Shown one piece after another: positions 1 through 8,431 of a stretch of DNA of 58,801 bases. The DNA is taken from the IMG/VR virus record IMGVR_UViG_3300028453_000003; one strand, written 5' to 3'. Under the pieces are notes generated by a model. The model worked only from the letters and a program-made list of their open reading frames with translations. It did no database searches and had not been told where the DNA came from. The first letter of the stretch is position 1. Every line of letters begins with the position of its first letter. The position numbers were made by a program, and so were the translations under genes. The stretch is from a virus.

Positions 1-127
1 GTATTGTTTTATGGTTGCTTTGGAAAGGTTTCTTTCTGCAACAAATTGTTCAAAGTAATGACTTTCTTTCATATAATCACCTATCTTCTTTTTGTTAGGT
101 ATTATATTTTGGTGTGGGTTATTATGA
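1..127. repeat. Terminal direct repeat identical to 58675-58801 (overlap of a circular assembly)
   Basis: Read directly: 1-127 (gtattgttttatgg...ggttattatga) recurs exactly at the window end. It contains the first 72 nt of the integrase ORF. Confidence 0.95.
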
Positions 128-143
128 ACTATACCAAAATATA
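103..143. promoter_or_regulatory. 11-bp inverted repeat upstream of the integrase start
   Basis: tatattttggt (103-113) / accaaaatata (133-143) with a 19-bp spacer. It lies just upstream of the int ATG (position 72, equivalent to 58746). Confidence 0.3.
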
Positions 144-240
144 GTGTTGAAAAAGAGTTTTTTGTTATAGTGTATTTTATATTTTGTAGTATATAAAGGT
201 GATGTTATTACGAATATTGTAAAAAGTATTACTTGTGGTT

Positions 241-278
241 TAAAAAAAGAATAAGCCAAACCTTCATAATGGTTTGAC
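241..278 (-). terminator. Hairpin plus oligo-T at the end of the late operon
   Basis: Stem 257-262/271-276 (caaacc/ggtttg) overlaps the stop codon. The minus-sense run ttattcttttttta (241-254) follows. Confidence 0.4.
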
Positions 279-950
279 TTGGTAGAAATAGATTTGTCTG
301 CCATTTGCGGCTTTTATGATTTGGTTTGCATTGCAAGTCTTGTAACCCCTACTTGAATCATAAACCTTAAACTTATAATCTCCAGTTACATTGTAGATTG
401 AAATCCAATGCCCATAATTTTCGGAATATGAAAGGCAAGTAGGTTTTGTAGCACCACCAGTTTCTATATGAGCAATAACACTATAACCTTTAGATAATGC
501 ACTTTTCACTGCATTATAAGTACGATTTATCTTTTCAACTTTCATTCCAAGTTTTTCTGCACCTTTGATTAAATTGGATGGGCTTGTTCCATCCTTTGTA
601 GTGTTACAAGCCTTTCGGCATTGGAGTTCTGTTTTGTAATTTAAGATTTGTGTACTTGCATTTGCAAGACTTGTTGAGCCACAAGTCCACCCATTTGGTT
701 GCTCTTGACCTACGAAAGGTGTGGGGCTATCGTATAGGTATGTTGTGTAGTTTGGAAGTCTTGAATGGTGTATGAAGAATTTTGCTTGGTTATCAAACAA
801 TCCACAGTATGCTTTTTGTTTCATTGTGTAGGTTTTGCCATTCATTGCTTTCATTTTAAGTTGGCTTGGTTGTCCTTTGCCACTTTTTACTGATGTTTTT
901 ACTTGTTTCATTGCTTTTTGCATTTCTGCTTTACTGAATCTGATTGTCAT
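264..950 (-). CDS. pei: Pseudomurein endoisopeptidase (PeiW/PeiP-like, peptidase C71) with N-terminal pseudomurein-binding repeat
   Basis: Cys-His-Asp contexts GWTCGSTS, YGHWISIY and VYDSS. The segment AYCGLFDNQAKFFIHHSRLPNYTTY resembles the PMBR motif. It is the last gene of the late operon. The ATG at 950 is preceded by aaggag; the track ORF extends to 989. Confidence 0.75.
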   Translation of the reverse strand: MTIRFSKAEMQKAMKQVKTSVKSGKGQPSQLKMKAMNGKTYTMKQKAYCGLFDNQAKFFIHHSRLPNYTTYLYDSPTPFVGQEQPNGWTCGSTSLANASTQILNYKTELQCRKACNTTKDGTSPSNLIKGAEKLGMKVEKINRTYNAVKSALSKGYSVIAHIETGGATKPTCLSYSENYGHWISIYNVTGDYKFKVYDSSRGYKTCNANQIIKAANGRQIYFYQVKPL

Positions 951-967
951 ATTTTTTGCTCCTTTTT

Positions 968-1426
968 TTATGCAGTTCTTACCCAACAATATACTGCAAG
1001 GTAGGGGGGCATATTGTTGTGTGCTTTTCCATTTTGTTGGGCTTGTGTGGTGTTTGTTCCCCCAGTATATTGGTTGGTTGGAGTAGCATATTCTGTATAT
1101 ATTGTGGTTGTTTGTCTGTTTGATGAGTAGGTGTAACCACTACTACTCCCACTTCCAGTAGACCAGTTGTATGGCATTGTATGTCTGTGTTGGTTTTGTG
1201 TGTGAGTGTGTCTTGGCATTTCTTGTTCTGTCAGACTTACTGTTTCTGCTCCATCCATTTCTCCATTAGAGTGTGTTGTTCCACAAGCCAGTAAGAATCT
1301 GTCTTTGATTTGTTCCCATTCACCACCAAACAGTTCAGATGGGTTTGTACTGTTCACCGACATATAAATAGCACCAACTGGGTATATTTTGTTGAAGTTT
1401 GCATCTTCGACTTTGAATTTCACCAT
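968..1426 (-). CDS. Tail fibre protein with phage tail-collar domain
   Basis: Motif LTEQEMPRHTHTQNQHRHTM, a G/S/T-rich tip, and position in the fibre block. Confidence 0.65.
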   Translation of the reverse strand: MVKFKVEDANFNKIYPVGAIYMSVNSTNPSELFGGEWEQIKDRFLLACGTTHSNGEMDGAETVSLTEQEMPRHTHTQNQHRHTMPYNWSTGSGSSSGYTYSSNRQTTTIYTEYATPTNQYTGGTNTTQAQQNGKAHNNMPPYLAVYCWVRTA

Positions 1427-1436
1427 AATCCATCAC

Positions 1437-2087
1437 CTATTCATTATATACGATTATATAATCGAATGTTGTATCTCTTGCTAATCCATAAGTAGATGAA
1501 GTGCGATTTCCTATGTAATAGGATAAGGTTTTGTTGTTTCCTTTAAAACGAATCATTGTTGAGCTTGTACTTGCATTTGTACTGCTACTGGTGTATGTGT
1601 TTGCAGTTTGGCTTCCACCACAAGAATATGATGTTGCATTTGATGTTGATGATTTGTAAACATACCTTATTGCTCCATAATTTGCACTTCCACTTGTAGC
1701 ATATGATGGTGTTGTTGTGGTGAATGCTTTAACCATCAAGACCATTCCGACATCGTATCTTGCAATGTCTGTTGCCCAACTTGTATTATCTTGGTTTGAT
1801 ATTCCACCTTGTGGGTAGATTAGTAGTGCAATAGGGTAGCCATTTCCATTATAGTTAATGGTTACTGTTCCAGTACCTCCACCAGTTGAGCCAGTTGTGA
1901 AACTTCCAATTACTAATCGTGGGCAACCACTCCTACCTTGTTCTATGTCATCGATTTTTGCGATTAAGCCCAGTAATCCAGTAGTGCTTGAATATGTTGT
2001 CGGTACACCTTTATTGTCAAGTTGGGTTATTAACTGGTCTTTCATTTCATCAAGGCTACCTTGAAGAGTTGTTGTATCGTTTGTCAT
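1437..2087 (-). CDS. Tail fibre / receptor-binding protein (variant sharing N-terminal adaptor with 2087-2899)
   Basis: MTNDTTTLQGSL..KGV..GLLGLIAKI aligns with MVNDITTLNGSL..KGV..TTLASKV of the upstream gene. The C-terminus is G/S/T/N-rich. Confidence 0.5.
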   Translation of the reverse strand: MTNDTTTLQGSLDEMKDQLITQLDNKGVPTTYSSTTGLLGLIAKIDDIEQGRSGCPRLVIGSFTTGSTGGGTGTVTINYNGNGYPIALLIYPQGGISNQDNTSWATDIARYDVGMVLMVKAFTTTTPSYATSGSANYGAIRYVYKSSTSNATSYSCGGSQTANTYTSSSTNASTSSTMIRFKGNNKTLSYYIGNRTSSTYGLARDTTFDYIIVYNE

Positions 2088-2899
2088 TAGTTACCATCTC
2101 CATTAATAAATGCGATTGCATCTTCGATTTGTTGTTGGTATTGGCTACAATCACTACCACCACCAAGACTCTCTAACTTAATCTCTTTCACATATATGCT
2201 ATCGGATTTTGCAATTGATAATGCAGGGTATGCACTTGTCAAATATGTACTATCAGCGATTGTAACAACCTTTGAGAACACTTCTGTATCACTACTGTTG
2301 TAGATTTTGAATGTTAAGGTTGTACCCTCTTTTGATAATTCGTATGTGTTGTAGTCATTAGTGGTGAGGTTGCTTACTGCTATATTTGAAGAAATACCTC
2401 CCCCAGTTATATTGGGGTTGTACAATAGAAGGTGTTTTGTGCTTGTAGAGTTTGGTTGGAATAAACCGACACCTTTTTCTTGTGCTTGGGCTATTCCTAC
2501 TCCACCACCTTTATCTGATGAAGAGGAAACTGCTCTTATCTTCGCAGTAAGTTTCCAATTATCCAAACCAGCTTGTACTGGTAAACAACAGGTACTGAAA
2601 TTTGCATTGCTATTAGTTAGCACATAATGGTCTGTATCAAAACTTAATGAGGTATTCACAGTTGATGATGAAGCCCATATCTCATAAAAGTTAGTATATT
2701 GGCTTGTTTGATTAGTTGCACAACTATCCTCAAATAATGTAGTAGAGCCACCCCCACCAGTTATTTGGAGTACCTTTGAAGCCAAAGTGGTAAGCCCATC
2801 TGATGCACTTGCTTGTACCCCTTTTTGAGTAATATTACTTGCTAATGTTTCCCCTAACTGACTCAAAGAGCCATTTAAAGTTGTAATATCATTAACCAT
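2087..2899 (-). CDS. Tail fibre / receptor-binding protein
   Basis: The N-terminal adaptor is shared with 1437-2087. The C-terminal DAIAFING matches DAIAYIN of 2913-3725. Confidence 0.5.
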   Translation of the reverse strand: MVNDITTLNGSLSQLGETLASNITQKGVQASASDGLTTLASKVLQITGGGGSTTLFEDSCATNQTSQYTNFYEIWASSSTVNTSLSFDTDHYVLTNSNANFSTCCLPVQAGLDNWKLTAKIRAVSSSSDKGGGVGIAQAQEKGVGLFQPNSTSTKHLLLYNPNITGGGISSNIAVSNLTTNDYNTYELSKEGTTLTFKIYNSSDTEVFSKVVTIADSTYLTSAYPALSIAKSDSIYVKEIKLESLGGGSDCSQYQQQIEDAIAFINGDGN

Positions 2900-2912
2900 A
2901 AAATCATCTCCA

Positions 2913-3725
2913 TCATTGGTTTATGTAAGCGATAGCATCACCGATAAGGTCTGCTAATGCTTTCCCTTGCCTTGCATCCAATACCTTACCACTCGCAGTA
3001 GTAGTCAAATTATTCGCAATATCCGAAGAGGTAAGCATACCAGTAATCGCAGATGAAGTCAAATAAGTATTCGTATCCACCGAACCATCATTCTTCAATA
3101 ATCCAGTTGTACTGCTCTTCTTAACCAAATTAGAACCATCAGACAAATCACTTGAAGATGATGGGATAGATGGCTTATTACTCAAATCATTATAAGACCC
3201 ACTTGTAGCCACAGTTGAAAGCCCATCAATTGTACTCTTATAACTATTCGTGAAATCGTTTGTACTTAACCCTTTTCCAGTTACCTTATCAACCTTATTG
3301 TCCAAGTTATCCTTTGTTAATTTTTCACTTGGAACTTTACTATCACTTGTAGTAGCAGACCAACTTGAAACAATAGTAACAGTAGCATCACTACCATTAG
3401 TAACAGTAAAAGTAGTTGAAGTTCCATTCGTAAAAGCAATAGTATAAGTATCTACCAATCCACTTGATCCAGTCTTGGTAACACTTGAAATACCATTACC
3501 AGTAGCACCAGTATCACCTTTCGCTCCAGTATCACCTTTAGCACCATCATTACCATTAGTAACAGTAAAAGTATCAGTATCGCCATCGGTATAAGTGATT
3601 GTATAAGTATCTACTTTTCCACTTGTAGATGTTTTTACAATGGAAGCGATACCATTACCATCATCTCCCTTTGCACCTTGCTGACCATCAGCACCAACAA
3701 CTCTACCCAAATCATATGTTGTCAT
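2913..3725 (-). CDS. Collagen-like tail fibre protein
   Basis: Gly-X-Y runs (GAKGDDGNG, GAKGDTGAKGDTGATGNG), a duplicated VDTYTI..TFTVTNG module, and the KGLSTNDFT fibre motif. Confidence 0.7.
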   Translation of the reverse strand: MTTYDLGRVVGADGQQGAKGDDGNGIASIVKTSTSGKVDTYTITYTDGDTDTFTVTNGNDGAKGDTGAKGDTGATGNGISSVTKTGSSGLVDTYTIAFTNGTSTTFTVTNGSDATVTIVSSWSATTSDSKVPSEKLTKDNLDNKVDKVTGKGLSTNDFTNSYKSTIDGLSTVATSGSYNDLSNKPSIPSSSSDLSDGSNLVKKSSTTGLLKNDGSVDTNTYLTSSAITGMLTSSDIANNLTTTASGKVLDARQGKALADLIGDAIAYINQ

Positions 3726-3731
3726 AAATTA

Positions 3732-5000
3732 TCAATCTCCATTATGTGTGTTTGATGTGTCATAGTACAGATGACCATCATTACCAATGAAATAAGGGTT
3801 ATCTACTGCATTCGGAAGTTCAACCAGTAAATGCCCATTAGCATCTATACTAAAAGATCCAGTACCAATAACTGAACCACTTCCCCCTTGAATGTCAATG
3901 TTTCCACTTCCAAGAAGAGAAATATTATTAACAGTCTTAATGTTCTGCCCACTAATCAATGCATCTTGCTTTGCATCAATCGTGTTCTTCGTAAGCTTTT
4001 CACTTGCAACTTTCTCATCAGATAGTGTCTGCTCCCATTGAGTAACAATATCAACTCCACCACCAGTACCAATCTTATCATTGATGGCAAGGTTGATTTC
4101 GTGTTGTGTTGCATTGGCTGAAGTTTCCAGTTGAGATAAAGCTGAAGATTCAGTAATGATAGTGGAATTGTGAGTTGATGGGTGGACATAATAATTCGCA
4201 TTAGTTTCAATAGTGCCAAGTTTAGTCTTTTCAGTCAGAGTATAATCATTTGAAGATAACCCTTTACTAATTTCAACATTGACTTTTGTAGCAAGTTTAT
4301 TATCAATTTCAGTTTTGGAATAAGTGTCAATATCTCCACCACTATGATCCATACCCTTGCCACTTGCATCACCACCGATTTGAAGAACCAAATCGCCATC
4401 TTCATCACGATAAAAATCGATATGGGGTTCAAGTCTGTTCACTACACTATCTTCTTGAGTGGCTAATTTGTTCTGATATTTGAACTTGATGTTTACATTT
4501 GATAATTTTATAGTTGCATTTGATTTATTACCATTAAAGTTAATACCTACCTTAAATCCTTGCCCACTTATTGCATTATTTACAACCTTACTACTAAAAT
4601 TGAATAATGAACAGTCTACCTCTATATGTCCTTGTGTAGTTATGATGTTTTCAACCAACATATAATTAGTCATACCCATACAAGTCAAACTAAAATTAGA
4701 CAAAATAGGATAATTCACCGAAACATTGCTAACCTCATAATCAAATTCAACAATAACATTAACAATATCCTTTTGCAACAACCGAACCAAAGCAGATGAA
4801 ATAAAAACAATACTATCTTGCTCTGCCAAGTTCAACTTCACAAACTTATCATTCTGCTTAAACCAATTATTACCAACAAAATCAGTAGCAGAAAAAACAT
4901 AAGGATTATCGGCAAGGTTCTCATCATCCAAAACCAAATCAACCCTATCATCTAATGTAAGGTCAATATCTCTTCTTTGTGCTTGATCCATATCCATCAT
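3732..5000 (-). CDS. Tail fibre protein
   Basis: KGLSSNDYTLTEKTKL and SDEKVASEKLTK motifs are shared with 2913-3725. ATGA start/stop overlap with the upstream gene. Confidence 0.6.
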   Translation of the reverse strand: MMDMDQAQRRDIDLTLDDRVDLVLDDENLADNPYVFSATDFVGNNWFKQNDKFVKLNLAEQDSIVFISSALVRLLQKDIVNVIVEFDYEVSNVSVNYPILSNFSLTCMGMTNYMLVENIITTQGHIEVDCSLFNFSSKVVNNAISGQGFKVGINFNGNKSNATIKLSNVNIKFKYQNKLATQEDSVVNRLEPHIDFYRDEDGDLVLQIGGDASGKGMDHSGGDIDTYSKTEIDNKLATKVNVEISKGLSSNDYTLTEKTKLGTIETNANYYVHPSTHNSTIITESSALSQLETSANATQHEINLAINDKIGTGGGVDIVTQWEQTLSDEKVASEKLTKNTIDAKQDALISGQNIKTVNNISLLGSGNIDIQGGSGSVIGTGSFSIDANGHLLVELPNAVDNPYFIGNDGHLYYDTSNTHNGD

Positions 5001-6727
5001 ACATTATCAACCCATACATTATCTATCGCTTCTTCAGTCATCTTATCATTATACATTACAGTTTCAGACAAGTCAAGTGGCTCACGAACCAGTTTCTTCC
5101 TTTGTTGAGCCAAATTGTTCTTAACTTTCATATTCGCATCTATATCTCCAAGACCATACTCTGTCTGCACCATAGGTCTGTCAGTTACATCAATGTTTAT
5201 CTTCCTACTTGCAACTTGGTAAGTATTAGTCAGTAATGGATTAATTGTCTTGGTTTCAACCCAATCGTTAATGTTTACTGGTGGCAAACCAACTGCCTTA
5301 ACAGTAAAGGTAGTCAATGGTTTGAAATACTTTTGCAAGGCATCGTGAGAATACTGGGTAGCCTCACTATAACTGCTATTCTTTTGCATATTCTCTATAT
5401 GTGTTTGCTCACCATATCGTAGTATCTCACCAAGTTTCCCTTTCCTTGTGTAACGATAATGTGTTCCCTCATAATCCTCTACATCCAATGATTTGTATAC
5501 TGTCAAACAATCATTCACCAAATCCTTTGTAGGTGAATACTTGACATTGGATATTCCAATAATATCTCCATCAAAACCCTCATTGAAGATATGGGCAATG
5601 TTCTCTTCACTATTCGTATGTTGAGTGAAATTGATATAATCATCCTTACGATATTCACCATACTTTATTTGGAACTCATATTCGCTTTTTTCAAGTATGC
5701 TCTTGACACCATCAAGGATAGTCTTACCATTAACACCAAGATTGGTAGGGTTAATCACTTCACCATTGAAAACTCCCAAATCATACAAGAGCATTTTATA
5801 ACTGCTCTTATCCTTTGTGCTATCATACAATAAGTTTTCCTTTTCCTCTGTATCCTTATCATCAAGTACATCCTTGAAATCACGAAGAAAAGTTACTCTC
5901 TTCAGATAATATTTCGTATCACCAGTCTGTGAGTAATCTCCCTCTGCCGATTTAATCTTTGAAAGCAAATCAACTTCCCAAACATAACGATTATTCGCTT
6001 TCCATTGTGGAGCAGAATCATTACTGAACTTCTTCTCATCAGTACCTTGAGCCTCTGAATCCCAATCAATAAGAATATGTTTCTCTTCACCATCTCTTGA
6101 TCCAATCGAATAATCTACTCTCAAGTAAGCCTCAAAAGGTTTCTGCTCATCAAATCCGTGTGTGATTTCGTGCTTTGTATTGGTAGTCTGCACATTAGTT
6201 TCACCAATGTCAAAACCACTACCTTGAAAATCTTGAGTCTTAATAAGGTTCACTATTTCGGCAGTAGTACCACCTTGTATCCAAGTAACACCATTCTTTT
6301 GCAAGTAAGTCTTTGGATTAGGTATGCCAGTAAATGATTTAGGTGAAAAATTATCATCCCAAGCACGAGGCAACTTGCTAATAGTGTTAAGATTAGAAGC
6401 CCTACCCTCTGGATTATTCATAAAGATATAGAACAGATGAGCATTTTTCAACTGGTCCTTCTTAAACCAACTGCCGAAACCTTGATAACCAGTTTGGTCT
6501 GCAATAGTTCCACCACAAACACCACCGAAGATACAAACCCAAACCTCATTCTTACCAGTACAACCGAACTTCTTCGGCTTGGAATGAATGTCAGAGCCGA
6601 CACCACAATTAACTGCCTTATGCCCTATGCTCTTGAAAGCATCCATTACTTTCCTTATCCTTGCCTTGTCTTTTGATTTGGTTTGGATATTATCTGAATT
6701 TACATAAAAAGTATATGTCTTTGCCAT
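4997..6727 (-). CDS. Virion tail-tip/baseplate-associated protein, function unknown
   Basis: 576-aa ORF lying between the tail-tip proteins and the fibres. No motif recognised. Confidence 0.45.
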   Translation of the reverse strand: MAKTYTFYVNSDNIQTKSKDKARIRKVMDAFKSIGHKAVNCGVGSDIHSKPKKFGCTGKNEVWVCIFGGVCGGTIADQTGYQGFGSWFKKDQLKNAHLFYIFMNNPEGRASNLNTISKLPRAWDDNFSPKSFTGIPNPKTYLQKNGVTWIQGGTTAEIVNLIKTQDFQGSGFDIGETNVQTTNTKHEITHGFDEQKPFEAYLRVDYSIGSRDGEEKHILIDWDSEAQGTDEKKFSNDSAPQWKANNRYVWEVDLLSKIKSAEGDYSQTGDTKYYLKRVTFLRDFKDVLDDKDTEEKENLLYDSTKDKSSYKMLLYDLGVFNGEVINPTNLGVNGKTILDGVKSILEKSEYEFQIKYGEYRKDDYINFTQHTNSEENIAHIFNEGFDGDIIGISNVKYSPTKDLVNDCLTVYKSLDVEDYEGTHYRYTRKGKLGEILRYGEQTHIENMQKNSSYSEATQYSHDALQKYFKPLTTFTVKAVGLPPVNINDWVETKTINPLLTNTYQVASRKINIDVTDRPMVQTEYGLGDIDANMKVKNNLAQQRKKLVREPLDLSETVMYNDKMTEEAIDNVWVDNV

Positions 6728-6742
6728 ATCATATCACCTTTT

Positions 6743-8431
6743 TTAGATTGGTTTCTTCGGATAATTGCTTGACTCATAAGGGCTACCATACTTTGTAATG
6801 TAATGATGCCAACCTCTTGACTCAATCTGTGTTGATGGGTCTACATAGAAACCATTCACTTTTGCGAATATATGCCCACCTCTACTGTTATGTGAGTGCA
6901 TATATTTCAAATCAGTTATGCTTTTTGCATTAAGAAGATTTAGCATAACTTCTGTCTTGCAACAACAATTTCCTCTTCCACGATTCCAAGTTGTTTCTGC
7001 ACTTTGGTAGAACCCACTTTTGTATTCGTGTGGGAAGTTTACTGCTACATATTTCCATATTGGTTTGATACAAGCATCACCAGTTGCCTTTGTAATGCTA
7101 TTTGCTCTTGCTAACCAAGTCTTGTTCTTTTCGCTTGTTGCAGACTCTACTGTTACACTATCTGTTGTTTCGTAGACTTCAGTCCATAAGTGTGTTCCCA
7201 TTCCATAAGTGAAATAAAGGTTTGGGTAATCGTTCAAGCATACATTTCTGCTCTTGTTATTGTAGATGACTACCTTTTGCCCTTTAAGTGTGTCTGCACC
7301 ATTACGAAGTGTCATACTTTTCTCATTTACAGTAGCACTTGCATTTTCAGTAGTCAGTTTTTCTGTTGCACCTTTCTTGTAGGTTGCTAATCTCCAATTG
7401 TTCCTTGCAACTAAAGGGTCGTGTAGGGTTACATTTGTCTTAAGTGGGAGTTCAGTAGACTTTAGTAAGTATTTCAATGCTCCACTATAATAGTTGTAGT
7501 TTTTTAGGTAGTCTACACCATAGTCATAGTTGATTCCCTCTTCGGTGATTTTTTCTTTCAAGTTCACTTCTGATAGGTTGTATCTTCTGTCAAGGTCTAT
7601 GAGTCTGTCTGCACATTCCAATGTTATCCTTGTTAAGTCATCATCGACTTCGGCAGTTGAGATGTACCCACCGAAAACTCTCTGTGGAACTCCCTCTGTA
7701 TCGGTTACTGTTAGGTTTATCTCATCACGATAATCGAACACTAACCCACTACGATTAGCATTTGGGTCAGTAGGTAACAGTTTCTCATCCAAATCGTGAT
7801 GATACATAAATTCGGCAGACATAGTGTTTATGCCAAATTCATTGCTATGCTCTACTGTTGCCTTTATCATAGTCAAGGTGTCATCCTTGTTGTTATGCCT
7901 TTTGGCTTCGTAAATATCAAACTTCTTAACAGATAATCCTATGAATACTGAATTGGATACCAACCTATACTCTATTTCCCTTATGCCTTTATCCAAATGA
8001 ACATACTGATGATGTCTGTTGAAGTTCACATCATTACTGTTCCAGTAACTGCCTTTTGAACTATCTTGCCTTACACCATCAATATAGATTTCTGCATTAG
8101 ACTTCAAACTTGTATCCTTTTTCTTTTCAGTTGGTGTCAAGTAAGTGTTAGCGAAAAGGAACTCTAAACGATAATTATCGCTTGTCTGTTTCGCATCATA
8201 CTTGAACTTCAAGATAAGCCTATCCTTATTCTTGGATTTTATGACTTTCATACCTCTCCAGTTCTTGACTTCACCATTATGGTTTAAGTTGCCTTTGAAA
8301 GCAGAGTATTGTTGCTCTTGGGTTTTGTCAAAGGAAAAGATTTGACAAGTGAAATCATCCTTGTCATATCTGATCCTATGGGTTTTGTTGGCATCGAAGT
8401 TTCTTGTTATGTGTCTACTGAAATATGCCAC
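6743..8431 (-). CDS. Virion protein with C-terminal transglutaminase-like cysteine peptidase domain
   Basis: GRGNCCCKTEVMLNLLNAKSI ... GGHIFAKVNGFYVDPS matches the Cys, His, Asp pattern of the transglutaminase core. GTG start lies after gggagga. Confidence 0.65.
   Translation of the reverse strand: MAYFSRHITRNFDANKTHRIRYDKDDFTCQIFSFDKTQEQQYSAFKGNLNHNGEVKNWRGMKVIKSKNKDRLILKFKYDAKQTSDNYRLEFLFANTYLTPTEKKKDTSLKSNAEIYIDGVRQDSSKGSYWNSNDVNFNRHHQYVHLDKGIREIEYRLVSNSVFIGLSVKKFDIYEAKRHNNKDDTLTMIKATVEHSNEFGINTMSAEFMYHHDLDEKLLPTDPNANRSGLVFDYRDEINLTVTDTEGVPQRVFGGYISTAEVDDDLTRITLECADRLIDLDRRYNLSEVNLKEKITEEGINYDYGVDYLKNYNYYSGALKYLLKSTELPLKTNVTLHDPLVARNNWRLATYKKGATEKLTTENASATVNEKSMTLRNGADTLKGQKVVIYNNKSRNVCLNDYPNLYFTYGMGTHLWTEVYETTDSVTVESATSEKNKTWLARANSITKATGDACIKPIWKYVAVNFPHEYKSGFYQSAETTWNRGRGNCCCKTEVMLNLLNAKSITDLKYMHSHNSRGGHIFAKVNGFYVDPSTQIESRGWHHYITKYGSPYESSNYPKKPI

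Noticed and set aside
1-127. The 127-bp end repeat as a biological direct terminal repeat
   Set aside because: It is an exact overlap that cuts through the integrase coding sequence, which looks like an assembler overlap on a circular molecule. Physical termini cannot be inferred from it.
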